Shown here: piece by piece, positions 50,475-60,686 of the stretch | Layout of the letters: each line of letters starts with the position of its first letter | How positions within the stretch are numbered: position 1 is the stretch's first letter | DNA from: an uncultured Gemmatimonadaceae bacterium | Lineage (GTDB): Bacteria; Gemmatimonadota; Gemmatimonadetes; Gemmatimonadales; Gemmatimonadaceae | Direction: 5' to 3' | DNA length: 64,000 nucleotides | Assembly: GCA_963822945.1 (NCBI GenBank) | Contig: CAWGJO010000020.1 | Location: 416,001 to 480,000, forward strand | Position numbers and translations under genes: made by a program | The notes under the pieces: generated by a model | The model's database searches: none | The model's input: the letters and a program-made list of their open reading frames with translations, nothing else | Told to the model about the DNA's origin: nothing

Positions 50475-50526
50475 CGTGTCCCCCCGGACACGTCCCCATC
50501 GTGCCCTTCGTGTCCCAACGGACACG
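50475..50526 (+). promoter_or_regulatory. Two palindromic upstream activator sites CGTGTCC-N4-GGACACG
   Basis: cgtgtccccccggacacg at 50475-50492 and cgtgtcccaacggacacg at 50509-50526. Confidence 0.7.
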
Positions 50527-50609
50527 ACGCCCGTCGCACGCCCCCGCCGGCGCAGCCCTAACCTGCGCGCTGCCAACCGCTTACCGGCGCCGCTCCGAAC
50601 GCCGGACCC

Positions 50610-50624
50610 TGGCTCGAATGCTGC
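50610..50624 (+). promoter_or_regulatory. Sigma54 -24/-12 promoter of TPR gene
   Basis: TGGCTCGAATGCTGC (GG-N10-GC). Confidence 0.65.
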
Positions 50625-50684
50625 CTTCTCGTGTGGCATCGCAAGACCCCACGGCGCATCCGCGCCCCCATCGAGGAGGACACC

Positions 50685-51845
50685 ATGCAGACCATCATCC
50701 GCAGCACCCGCATCGCCCGGCTTTCGTGGACCGCACTCATCGTCGTGCCCTTCGCGCTGGCGGCGTGCGGCGGCGACAAGGCCGAGGCCCGGCCGGTCGA
50801 ATCCTTCAAGGTCACGACCCCGAACGCCGTGCAGCCCAGCGGCCCGCCCAAGGGCGCCGTGATTCCCGCGTCCAACGTCGAGCGCAGCGCTCCGACCGGC
50901 GGGACGACGGTGGACGTCACCATGCCGGCCACGTACGAGAACGCCAACGCCGTGTTCAAGTCGGGCCACTATCCCGAAGCCGCCGAGATGTTCGAGCGGT
51001 ACGTGGAGAGCAAGCCGAACAACGCGTTCGGGTTCTACATGCTCGGGCTGTCGAGCTGGAAGGCCGGTGACTTCGAGCATGCCAAGGAAGCATTCGACAA
51101 GTCCATCGACATCGATCCGACCTTCGCCAAGAGCTACTTCAACGAGGCGCGCGTGCTCCTCGATCTGAAGCGGGCGCCCGAAGCGCTGGAGCAGGTGGAG
51201 CAGGGGCTGAGCATCGACTCGGCCTCGGCCGACGGCTGGCGGCTGAAGGCGCGTGCCCAGGCGGCGAGCGGCGACGCCGACGGGGCCATGCAGACCTACC
51301 GCGAGTTGCTCGTCCGGAACGACGAGGATCTCTGGGGCCTGAACAACCTCGGGGTGATGCTGCTCGACTCGGGTGACTACGAAGGCGCGCTGGGACCGCT
51401 GGCCCGCGTGGTGCAGCTCAAGCCGACGGCGCCGCTCTTCCAGAACAACCTCGGCATGGCGCTCGAGCGGTCGGGATACATGGTGGCCGCGCTGCATCAC
51501 TACGAAGCCGCCGTGCGCGACGACTCCGGCTACACGAAGGCGGTGAAGAACGCCGAGCGGTTGCAGGGCATCGTTACCGACACCACGCTGCAGGACGAGG
51601 TCAGCGTTCCCGACCTGGCCGAGGCGTTCCGGGTGAAGGTCAAGATGTGGAAGGAGACCGTGACGCCGCAGCCGCAGGTGAAGCTCGTCGTGAAGCCCGA
51701 TACGGTGACGGCGCCGAAGCCCGATTCCGTGAAGGCCACCACGTCCGATACGGTGAAGACCGTGAAGCCCGATACGCAAACGGTGAAGACGGACACGATG
51801 ACCGTGCCGCCGACGACCGGGGACCCGGTGAAGGGTGGAAGGTGA
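50685..51845 (+). CDS. TPR-repeat lipoprotein
   Basis: GAGGAGG RBS, LAAC lipobox, several TPRs (LNNLG, QNNLG), KPDTV repeat tail. Confidence 0.88.
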   Translation: MQTIIRSTRIARLSWTALIVVPFALAACGGDKAEARPVESFKVTTPNAVQPSGPPKGAVIPASNVERSAPTGGTTVDVTMPATYENANAVFKSGHYPEAAEMFERYVESKPNNAFGFYMLGLSSWKAGDFEHAKEAFDKSIDIDPTFAKSYFNEARVLLDLKRAPEALEQVEQGLSIDSASADGWRLKARAQAASGDADGAMQTYRELLVRNDEDLWGLNNLGVMLLDSGDYEGALGPLARVVQLKPTAPLFQNNLGMALERSGYMVAALHHYEAAVRDDSGYTKAVKNAERLQGIVTDTTLQDEVSVPDLAEAFRVKVKMWKETVTPQPQVKLVVKPDTVTAPKPDSVKATTSDTVKTVKPDTQTVKTDTMTVPPTTGDPVKGGR

Positions 51846-51868
51846 AGGGTGAAGGGTGAAGGGTGAAC
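51827..51868 (+). repeat. GGTGAAG heptamer repeats overlapping the TPR stop codon
   Basis: ggtgaag ggtggaa ggtgaag ggtgaag ggtgaag ggtgaac. Confidence 0.8.
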
Positions 51869-52219
51869 GGAGGGGCGGCGAGGCAGGCGACTGCTTCGCC
51901 GCCCCTCCGCGTTTGCGTCCGACGGCCTGAGTGCCGGACTTCCTTTCCTCCCCGGACGCCGCTTTGCATACCGCACGCTCCGACCCGTATCAGGACGCTC
52001 CCCACGGACATGGACGTCACGGCACCGTCGGCCAGATACAGGGGCCCGCCGTCCGCAAGATCATGGTCCTGGCCTACATGAAGCGACCGCCGACGGGAAC
52101 CTGAAACTCTCGGGGTGGGGCGGTCCGTACAAACCAAACGGGCACTGAGTCTGTCCAACCGACGCTGCCCGCAGGTCGCCCGCGCTCCACCCTGCCGCGT
52201 TCCATCACCAGGACCCGTC

Positions 52220-54712
52220 ATGCGCAACGTGAAGTTGGCCTTCCGCACGCTGGCCAAGACGCCGTTCGTGACCACCGTCGCCGTACTCTCGCTCGCGCTC
52301 GGCATCGGCGCCAACGCCGGGATCTACTCGATCTTCGAACAACTGCTGCGGGAGCCACTCCCGGTGCCGCATCCGGAGCAGTTGGTGAATCTCGCCGCCC
52401 CGGGGCCGAACCCGGGCATGCAGTCGTGCGGGGAGGCCGGCGGCTGCGACGCCGTGTTCAGCTATCCCATGCTCCGTGATCTGCAGAAGGCCAACACGGG
52501 GTTCAGCGGCATCGCGGCCCACGTGCTGTTCGGAGCGAACGTCGCGTACGGCGACCAGACGATGAACACCCAGGGACTCGAGGTTTCCGGCTCGTACTTC
52601 CCGGTGTTGGAGCTCACCCCCGCCGTTGGCCGCCTGTTCACGCCGGACGACGACCGGACGGTCGGCGCCAACTACCTGGTCGTACTCGGGTACGGCTACT
52701 GGCAGGCCCATCTGGGCGGCGACCGCGGGGTGATCGGAAAGACGCTGAAGGTGAACGGGCAGTCGATGACGATCATCGGCGTGGCGCCGAAGGGATTCGA
52801 GGGGACGACACTCGGCGCCATCCCCGCCGTCTACGTGCCGATCTCCATGCGCGCCGCGATGACGCCGACCTTCGATTCGTTCGAGAATCGCCGGGCGTAC
52901 TGGGCCTATCTGTTCGGGCGCCTCAAGCCGGGCGTGTCCATGGATCAGGCCAGAGCCGCGATCAACGCCGTCTACCACCCGATCATCAACGACGTCGAGG
53001 CCCCGCTCCAGAAGGGAATGAGCGACGCGACGATGAAGCGCTTCAAGGCCAAGACGATCACGCTCGAGGACGGGCGCCGCGGACAGAGCAACCTCCGGCA
53101 CGAGGCCAAGACGCCACTCGTGCTGCTGTTCTCGATCACGGGCATCGTGCTGCTCATCGCGTGCGCCAACATCGCCAATCTGCTCCTCGCGAGGGCGGCC
53201 AACCGCACGATGGAGATGGCGGTGCGGCTCTCGCTCGGCGCCACGCGCCTGCAGCTCCTGGCGCAGCTCCTCACCGAGTCGATCGTGCTCGCGCTCATGG
53301 GCGGCGTGGTGAGCATCGTGGTCGCGCACGGGACGCTGGTGGCCATGATGTCCATGCTGCCGCCCGAGGCCGCGACCACGCTGCACTTCCAGTTGCACCT
53401 CTCCATCGTCTGGTTCGCCGCGGCCGTGGCCATCGGCACGGGCATCCTGTTCGGACTCTTCCCGGCGCTGCAGAGCACGCGGCCCGATCTCGTAACCGCG
53501 CTTCGCAACAATTCCGGCAAGCTCTCCGGCACCCGGGGAGCCATGCGCTTCCGCACCACGCTCGCCACGGCACAGGTGGCGCTCTCCATGGCGCTGCTCG
53601 TCTCGGCCGGGCTCTTTCTCAAGAGTCTGCGCAACGTGAGCCGCGTGAACCTCGGCATCAAGGTGGACAACGTCTCCACCTTCTCGATCTCACCGGGACG
53701 CAACGGGTACACGAACGCCCGCTCCGCCGTGTTCTTCGGGCGCGTCGAACAGGAGTTGAGCGCCGTGCCCGGGGTGACGGGCGTGACCCAGGCCCTGGTG
53801 CCGCTGCTCGCCGGCAACAGCTGGGGCAGCGACGTGAACGTCGAGGGATTCAAACGCGGCCCCGACATCGACGCCAACGCGCGATTCAATGAGGTGGGCG
53901 CCAACTATTTCCACGTGCTCGGCATGCCGCTGCTCGCCGGACGCGATTTCACGACGTCCGACATTGCCGGCGCGCCGAAGGTGGCGGTGGTGAACGAAGC
54001 GTTCGCGAGGAAGTTCAATCTGGGACGGAATGCGGTCGGGAAGCGCATGTCGGTGGGAAGCGACAGCCTCGACATTGAAATCGTGGGCCTGGTGAAAGAC
54101 GCCAAGTACAACGACGTCAAGGATTCCGTGCCGCCGGTGTTCTTCCTTCCGTGGCGTCAGGATACGACGCGCAGCAACCTGACCTTCTACGCGCGAAGCG
54201 CCGGGAACCCCGAGCAGGTGCTGCGGGCAATTCCGGGTGTCGTGAAAAAGCTCGACCCGAGTCTGCCCGTCGAGGACCTCAAGACGCTGCAACAGCAGGT
54301 CAAGGAGAACGTGTTCCTCGATCGGATGATCACCACGCTCTCGTCCGCCTTCGCCCTGCTCGCGACGTTGCTGGCGGCGATCGGCCTCTACGGCGTGCTG
54401 GCGTACTCCGTCACACAGCGCACGCGAGAGATCGGTGTGCGGATGGCACTGGGCGCCGACGGCGGCCGCATTCGCAAAATGGTGCTGCGGCAGGTGGGCC
54501 TGATGACCGTCATTGGCGGTGTGGTCGGCCTGGCCGGCGCCTTCGCGCTCGGGCGCGGCGCGCGCTCGCTGCTCTACGAACTCAAGGGGTGGGACCCCAC
54601 GGTAATGGTTATGGCCGCGGTGGTGCTGAGCCTCGTGGCGCTGAGCGCGGGGTACATCCCCGCCCTGCGCGCATCCCGCACCGATCCGATGGACGCCCTG
54701 CGATACGAGTAG
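52220..54712 (+). CDS. Duplicated MacB/FtsX orphan ABC permease (ADOP-type)
   Basis: LALGIGAN, LLIACANIANLLLAR, QRTREIGVRMALGA, ALRYE. Confidence 0.92.
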   Translation: MRNVKLAFRTLAKTPFVTTVAVLSLALGIGANAGIYSIFEQLLREPLPVPHPEQLVNLAAPGPNPGMQSCGEAGGCDAVFSYPMLRDLQKANTGFSGIAAHVLFGANVAYGDQTMNTQGLEVSGSYFPVLELTPAVGRLFTPDDDRTVGANYLVVLGYGYWQAHLGGDRGVIGKTLKVNGQSMTIIGVAPKGFEGTTLGAIPAVYVPISMRAAMTPTFDSFENRRAYWAYLFGRLKPGVSMDQARAAINAVYHPIINDVEAPLQKGMSDATMKRFKAKTITLEDGRRGQSNLRHEAKTPLVLLFSITGIVLLIACANIANLLLARAANRTMEMAVRLSLGATRLQLLAQLLTESIVLALMGGVVSIVVAHGTLVAMMSMLPPEAATTLHFQLHLSIVWFAAAVAIGTGILFGLFPALQSTRPDLVTALRNNSGKLSGTRGAMRFRTTLATAQVALSMALLVSAGLFLKSLRNVSRVNLGIKVDNVSTFSISPGRNGYTNARSAVFFGRVEQELSAVPGVTGVTQALVPLLAGNSWGSDVNVEGFKRGPDIDANARFNEVGANYFHVLGMPLLAGRDFTTSDIAGAPKVAVVNEAFARKFNLGRNAVGKRMSVGSDSLDIEIVGLVKDAKYNDVKDSVPPVFFLPWRQDTTRSNLTFYARSAGNPEQVLRAIPGVVKKLDPSLPVEDLKTLQQQVKENVFLDRMITTLSSAFALLATLLAAIGLYGVLAYSVTQRTREIGVRMALGADGGRIRKMVLRQVGLMTVIGGVVGLAGAFALGRGARSLLYELKGWDPTVMVMAAVVLSLVALSAGYIPALRASRTDPMDALRYE

Positions 54713-54748
54713 CGGCGGGCGGGCCCCGTCGCTAATCTGGCGGGACCG

Positions 54749-55928
54749 ATGCCCCGTCCCGCCATTCAGGCCCTGTTCGTCAACTCCGGCATCCTCGGCC
54801 TTCGCACCTTCGCCCGCTTCGTCGACGAAGCGTTCGTGCGAAGGCCGGGCGATATCGACGCGACCCAGGTAGTGCTCACCGACCGCCTGACGACGCGCGA
54901 CCGTATCGTGCGCCGGTTGCTCTGCACGCGACTGTGGCACGACGGGTGGGCGGGCATTACCAACCTCGACCTCCTGCGATGGCGCGCCGAATGGAACGCC
55001 GGCCTGCTCGCCCGCCGCCGGATCCGCGAGATGGAACGCGCGGGGCACCGCTTCGACGTGCTCCACTTCCACCGTCAGGCCGCGGCCTACGCGAGCCTCG
55101 ACCGCATGCGGACCACGCCGTCCATCGTGTCCATCGACTGCACGCAGCGGCCCGTGGTCGAGGCGGCGCGCACCGCCCTCGAGAAGCGCACCTACGCACC
55201 CAACGTGCGCCGCGACGGCCGGATCTTCCATGCTGCGAAGCTCATCGTGTGCACGTCACGCTGGGCGGCCGAATCCCTGCGCGCCGAATATCCGGACTGC
55301 CACACCGAGATCGCGGTGATGCCGGACCCCGTGCTGTTCGAGATGTTCGACGCGAAGTGGGCGGAAGCCCGGCTGGCGCGCGCGCAACGCGACCCCGGTG
55401 GCAGACCTCGGGTGCTGTTCGTCGGCGGCGATTTCCCGCGCAAGGGAGGGTTCGAGTTGCTCGACGCATGGCGACGCGGTGGATTCGGCACGCGCGCGAC
55501 GCTCGATCTCGTTACCGGCTGGGAGATCCCGGCCGCGCTGCTATCGCCCGGTGTCGAGGTCCACCGCAACGTGACCGCGCACTCCGAACGGTGGCGCGCG
55601 CTCTGGCGCGACGCCGATCTGTTCGTGCTGCCCACACGCGACGAGGCGTTCGGCCTCGTCTTTCAGGAAGCCGCCGCCGCCGGACTGCCCGCCATCGGCA
55701 CGCGGCTGAACGCGATTCCCGAACTCATCGACGAGGGCCGCACCGGCCTGCTCGTGCCTCCTCGAGACACGGACGCGCTGATCGCGGCGATCACCCGCCT
55801 TCTCGACTCCGCCGCGCTGCGTCATGAGATGGGAGGTCAGAGCCCGAGCGCTCGTCGAACGCACGGCCGACCCCACAGCGTACCGGGAGGCGTTGGCCGG
55901 CGCTATCCGCCGGCTCGCCGGCCGGTAG
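54749..55928 (+). CDS. GT4 family glycosyltransferase; probable 1-nt indel near 55835
   Basis: FVGGDFPRKGG, DEAFGLVFQEAAAAGLP; natural-looking end VRARALVE...LAGR* in shifted frame. Confidence 0.85.
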
Positions 55929-55951
55929 CCGGGAACCGGTGCGCGTGCCGG

Positions 55952-57730
55952 CTACTGGCCGGGCGGCAACCGGAAGATCACGAGCTGCGGGTGCAGCGTC
56001 GGATCGAGGGCGCGCCCGTCGGGCGCCGAAAAACGAATGGTCTCCGTCGCGGCCTGCGACGACGTGGCGAGCCGCCAGAACGTCATCCCGCCGGGCAGCA
56101 GTTGCATCGCGGTCGGCAATGCCGTCACCGCGTGCACCGGAATGGGAAATGGTAGCTGCTGCGAGGCGGAGGTGCCGTACAGATTCGTCCACAACTGCCG
56201 CGTGTTGCGGCTGCTGAAACGGTCGAATACCGGCGCGGTGTTGCGCGGCATCCCCGGCAGACTGTCGGTGTAGAGCGCGAGGCCGAAGTTGCCGAACAAT
56301 GTGGCGAAGTCCTGCCCCCCCGCGGCGCTCTCGATGGCGCTCACGCCGCTGCCCTGGGTGGTCTCGAGCCGACGGTAGAACCCGGCCGGCATGTGGTCGC
56401 CCAGCCAGCGCATCAACGCCCAGGCTCCACCGCGCCACGCCGTGCCGAGGTCGCGATCGGCGTGGACGGTCAGCGACACGGTATCGGGATTGCTGGCGAA
56501 CGCATAAGAGTCGAGCATGAACGTCCGCGCGAATCCGAGCGACGAGTCGGGCAGCAGCTGGTTGGGGTCGGTGCGGCAGGCGGGCGGCGGGCACTTCGCC
56601 TCGTAGTAGGCCGACCCCAGCTCCTCGGCTACCAGGCTCAATCCCTCGTCCATCCATGAGGCCGCCGGCGCCCCCCGCCCCACCACCACGTGCTGCGAAT
56701 AGCTGATCAGGTGCTGCAACTCGTGCAGGAAGACCGCCGGCTCGACGCTCGACACTTCGGAGGCGGGGTGTGGGCATCCGTACGCGCCCTGCGGATCGGC
56801 CACGAGAGAATAGAAGATCTCACCGCGGTTGGAGTTCGGATCGGCGGCGCCGTTGAAGTCCTGCCCATTGAAGAAGCCCGCCACGAACCCCTGCGCCTGA
56901 CACATCGCGCTCGGCGTGCCCGCATTGACGGCCGGCGACATGAGCATGATCACATGGCCGTTGGCATCGACGTCGGAGGGTGGACCGAAGGCAGCGGTGT
57001 CGATCGGAAAGAGCGTCTGGTCGAAGTACTGGCCGAACTGCGCCAGAGCCGTCGAGGAGAATCCGGCGTAGGGCGTCCGCGTATCGGAGTAGATCAGGAC
57101 GCGCGCCCCGATGTAATCGAGCTGCGCCGTGACGGTCGCCCACACGTCGTTGGCCGCCGTGTAGTCGGTGAGCACGCGGAAGGTTCGCACGCTTCCCGGG
57201 GCCGGCACGGCGTCGGCCGTTCGCGCGAGCTGCGGTGTTGCCGCGAGCAGCGACGCGCCCTCCGCGGTTCGTTCCCGCGCACGGAGCCTGAGGTCGAAGG
57301 CCGATTGCAGCCCACCAGCGGACGGCACCCGCACTGCGCCCACCACCGCCGCCGGCGGTGCAACGTCGGCAATGGCTGCCGCCACGGGCTGCGTATCGGC
57401 GCTCAGCACGTACGCCGCCGGCGTCGCCGAACTCTTGTCGGTGGCGAGCTGCGCGACGATCAGGTAGTTCGCCCCGCCGGCAGCCACCAACGCACGCGTT
57501 CCCCCGTTGCTGCAATCGGCGACGGCCGCCTGCGCGCTGCGCAGCGACGTTGCCGGGAGACCGGCACAGTCGCGGGCGGACGACGCGTTGGGAGCGTCGA
57601 CTGCGCCGGAACAGGCAGCGAGCAGAGCGGTGAATCCGGTGACGCACCGTGCGCCGCCGGCGCGTGTGAACCACGCGCGGCCGCGGGAGCTGCGCTGCCC
57701 GACGCGGCGCGTCGGGCGAGCGAGGGGCAT
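55952..57730 (-). CDS. Lipoprotein zinc metallopeptidase (M30/hyicolysin-like gluzincin)
   Basis: LLAAC, SDVDANG, SNRGEIFY, HELQH, WMDEGLS; start uncertain. Confidence 0.72.
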   Translation of the reverse strand: MPLARPTRRVGQRSSRGRAWFTRAGGARCVTGFTALLAACSGAVDAPNASSARDCAGLPATSLRSAQAAVADCSNGGTRALVAAGGANYLIVAQLATDKSSATPAAYVLSADTQPVAAAIADVAPPAAVVGAVRVPSAGGLQSAFDLRLRARERTAEGASLLAATPQLARTADAVPAPGSVRTFRVLTDYTAANDVWATVTAQLDYIGARVLIYSDTRTPYAGFSSTALAQFGQYFDQTLFPIDTAAFGPPSDVDANGHVIMLMSPAVNAGTPSAMCQAQGFVAGFFNGQDFNGAADPNSNRGEIFYSLVADPQGAYGCPHPASEVSSVEPAVFLHELQHLISYSQHVVVGRGAPAASWMDEGLSLVAEELGSAYYEAKCPPPACRTDPNQLLPDSSLGFARTFMLDSYAFASNPDTVSLTVHADRDLGTAWRGGAWALMRWLGDHMPAGFYRRLETTQGSGVSAIESAAGGQDFATLFGNFGLALYTDSLPGMPRNTAPVFDRFSSRNTRQLWTNLYGTSASQQLPFPIPVHAVTALPTAMQLLPGGMTFWRLATSSQAATETIRFSAPDGRALDPTLHPQLVIFRLPPGQ

Positions 57731-57917
57731 GCGGTGTGGATGTGAGGAGAGAATGCTGCGGGCGGGTATGCCCCACTGTACCCCTCACATTTCGAAAAGT
57801 CGCGTCGGAGAAATGCCGATTTTCGTAAACGGATGCACGCGACGGCGCAAACGAATTGGGCCCGGACTCGACCGTCGAGTCCGGGCCCTGCTCGCGATCT
57901 CGCGCGCGCTGCGCCGA

Positions 57918-60107
57918 CTACGTCCAGCTCAGATCGTGCTTCGAGAGCGGCAGCGAACGCACGCGTTTACCCGTGGCCGAGTAGATGGCGTTGCACAGCG
58001 CGGCCACGGCCGGCGGCAGTGCCGGTTCTCCCAGCCCCGTGGGCGGGAAGTTGGTCTTGAGAAAGTGGACTTCAACCGCCGGCACATCGCGCATCCGAAG
58101 AATCGGATAGTGATTGAAGTTCGCCTGCATCGCCCGCCCGCCTTCGATGGTGATCTCCTGCCCGAACGCCTCCGACAGTCCATCCAGCACGGCGCCCTGC
58201 GCCTGACTCTCGGCGTTGATCGGGTTGATGATCTCGCTGCCGATGTCACCGGCCACCCATACCTTGTCCACTCTGAGCAGCCCGCTGCGGCTCACCGTTG
58301 CCTGCACCACTTCGGCGAAGTACCCGCGGTGGCTGAAGTGGAAGGCCACGCCCTGTGCGGTTCCGCGGGGGAACTTCTGCTTGCCCCACCCCGACTTCTC
58401 CACCACCAACTCCAGCACCCCGCGCATCCGCTGCGCGTCCATCGCCGCCCCGTCCTCGACGTTCGACAGCAGATCGCGGCGGAAGTCCACCGGATCGCGA
58501 CCGGCGGCGTGCGCCAGTTCGTCGATGAACGACTGCATCACGAAGGCGATCGCGTTGCTCCCCGGTGCCCGCAGCGCGCCCGTGGGAACACCCAGCGGCA
58601 TCGACGATGCCCCGAAGGAGAAGTTGGGAATGAACCGGGCGGGGAATTCGGTGGGAGAGATGCCGGCGCTGGCCGCGTAGCGGGGCGGATCCCCGAAGGT
58701 CACGAAGTGATTCTTCCACGCCACGAGCTTCCCGTTCGCGTCCACGCCGCCGGTGAGGTAGTGGAACCCGGCGGGCCGGTAGAAGTCGTGCTCCATGTCG
58801 TCTTCACGCGACCAGAGCAGCTTCACCGGCGCGTTCACCTGCCTGGCGATGCGCGCCGCCTCCACCATGTAGTCGTTGTTGAGCCGGCGCCCGAACCCGC
58901 CGCCGCTCCGCGTCAGATGGATGGTGATGTCCTCTGCCTTGATGCCCAGCGTCTTGGCCACCAGCGAGCGGCCGCCCTCCGGCGTCTGCGTCGGGGCCCA
59001 GATCTCGAGGCGTCCGTCCCGATAGTGCGCCGTGCAGTTCTGCGGCTCCAGCGTCACGTGCGCGATGAACGGGTAGGAGTAGTCGGCGCTCACCACTTTG
59101 GCCGCGCCCTTGAGCGCGCCCTCGGCATTGCCATCGCTGCGCAGCGAGCGCTGCGGATCCTGCTTGGAGAGGGCCGCCGCCTGCATGGCGAACGACTCGC
59201 TGCTCTGCTGCGCCGTCGACCCCTCGTCCCATACCACCTCCAGCTTGTTCCGCGCCGACTGCGCCGCCCACCAGGTATCGGCGATGATCGCCACACCGCC
59301 GAGCAATCCGTTGAGAGCGCTGCCCGGCGCGGGTTCCACGACGAACGCGTCCTTCACTCCCGGCAGCGCCTTCACGACGTCGAGGTTGGCGCTCTTCACC
59401 GTGCCCGCGAACACGGGGCACTTCTGGAAGACGGCGTACACCATGCCCGGCAGCGTCACGTCGATTCCATACAGCGGCTTGCCGGTGACGATGGCGTGGT
59501 TGTCCACTCCGCGCACCGGCGTGCCGATGATCCGGAATTCCGTGGGGTCCTTGAGCTTCACCGACTTGAGGTCCGGCGCCTTCATCGTCGCGGCCTTGTC
59601 GGCGAGTGCGCCGTAGCCGAGTTTCCGCCCGCTGGCGCGATGGTACACGACACCCGCCTCGGTGGTGCACGTGGATTCGCCCACGCCCCACGTGGCGGCC
59701 GCCGCCGCGACGAGCATCGCCCGCCCCGCCGCGCCCACCTGCCGCAGCGGCATCCAGTTGATGGGCGTGGCCGTGCTGCCGCCGGCCCACTGGTTCTCGT
59801 ACTTGTCGGTGTTCAGGCCTACCTGCTCCACGCGGACGTTCTTCCAGTCCGCGTCGAGTTCATCGGCGATGATCATCGGGAGCATCGTCTTCACGCCCTG
59901 CCCGATCTCGGGGTTCTTGGCGGCGATCGTGATGATGCCGTCCGGCGTGATCCGGATGAACGCGTTGAGCTCGCCCGGTTCGGCTGCGCCTGCGCCGAAC
60001 GCGTCGCGGTGCATCAGACCGGGAACGTAGGTCGCCAACAGAATGCCGCCGCCGGCAATGGCGGAGACGCGCAGGAAATCGCGGCGCGTCACGGTGGTCT
60101 TGGTCAT
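57918..60107 (-). CDS. Tat-exported xanthine dehydrogenase-family molybdopterin subunit (IorB-like)
   Basis: TRRDFL, EIGQG, GGGFGRR, ALRAPG, GLGEP. Confidence 0.92.
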   Translation of the reverse strand: MTKTTVTRRDFLRVSAIAGGGILLATYVPGLMHRDAFGAGAAEPGELNAFIRITPDGIITIAAKNPEIGQGVKTMLPMIIADELDADWKNVRVEQVGLNTDKYENQWAGGSTATPINWMPLRQVGAAGRAMLVAAAAATWGVGESTCTTEAGVVYHRASGRKLGYGALADKAATMKAPDLKSVKLKDPTEFRIIGTPVRGVDNHAIVTGKPLYGIDVTLPGMVYAVFQKCPVFAGTVKSANLDVVKALPGVKDAFVVEPAPGSALNGLLGGVAIIADTWWAAQSARNKLEVVWDEGSTAQQSSESFAMQAAALSKQDPQRSLRSDGNAEGALKGAAKVVSADYSYPFIAHVTLEPQNCTAHYRDGRLEIWAPTQTPEGGRSLVAKTLGIKAEDITIHLTRSGGGFGRRLNNDYMVEAARIARQVNAPVKLLWSREDDMEHDFYRPAGFHYLTGGVDANGKLVAWKNHFVTFGDPPRYAASAGISPTEFPARFIPNFSFGASSMPLGVPTGALRAPGSNAIAFVMQSFIDELAHAAGRDPVDFRRDLLSNVEDGAAMDAQRMRGVLELVVEKSGWGKQKFPRGTAQGVAFHFSHRGYFAEVVQATVSRSGLLRVDKVWVAGDIGSEIINPINAESQAQGAVLDGLSEAFGQEITIEGGRAMQANFNHYPILRMRDVPAVEVHFLKTNFPPTGLGEPALPPAVAALCNAIYSATGKRVRSLPLSKHDLSWT

Positions 60108-60568
60108 TGGGTGGCCTCCATGCCCGCGGCGTGATGGATGGCCTCGCGGATCCGCAGGTACGTGTTGCACCGGCAGATGTTGCCGCTCATCGCGGTGTCG
60201 ATCTCGGCGTCGGTGGGGTGCGGATTGCGTTTGAGCAGCGCCGCGGCCGCCATGAGTTGTCCCGCCTGGCAGTAGCCGCACTGCGGAACGTCGAGTTCCT
60301 CCCAGGCACGCTGCAGCGGGTGGTCGCCGTCGGGCGACAGCGCCTCGATGGTGAGGATGTCGGCGCCCTCGAGCGTCGACGCGCGGCGCCGGCACGAGCG
60401 AGCCGGTCTTCCGTTGATGTGGACCGTGCACGCCGCGCACTGCCCGATGCCGCATCCGAACTTGGTGCCCTTGAGGTCGAGCAGGTCGCGGAGCACCCAC
60501 AACAGCGGCATGTCGGCGGGGACGTCAACGGTGTGGGCGGTTCCGTTGACCTTGAAGGAGACTTTCAT
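60104..60568 (-). CDS. (2Fe-2S)-binding small subunit (IorA-like)
   Basis: [28 protein letters not shown]. Confidence 0.93.
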   Translation of the reverse strand: MKVSFKVNGTAHTVDVPADMPLLWVLRDLLDLKGTKFGCGIGQCAACTVHINGRPARSCRRRASTLEGADILTIEALSPDGDHPLQRAWEELDVPQCGYCQAGQLMAAAALLKRNPHPTDAEIDTAMSGNICRCNTYLRIREAIHHAAGMEATQ

Positions 60569-60686
60569 CGGCTGCACCCTCGACGATCGGCGTTCTGGGG
60601 AGCGCCCCGGGGGGTCTGGGGCTCTCCGAGAATCTATGCCGGTTTCCGGACGGCGGGTACGTGGGACGTCCGCGTGGTGCTTTCCC

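Noticed and set aside
55929..56155. GT4 C-terminal extension overlapping the convergent peptidase
   Set aside because: Result of a probable indel near 55835; the shifted frame ends cleanly at 55928
57507..60134. 875-aa plus-strand ORF
   Set aside because: Antisense shadow of the IorB-like gene
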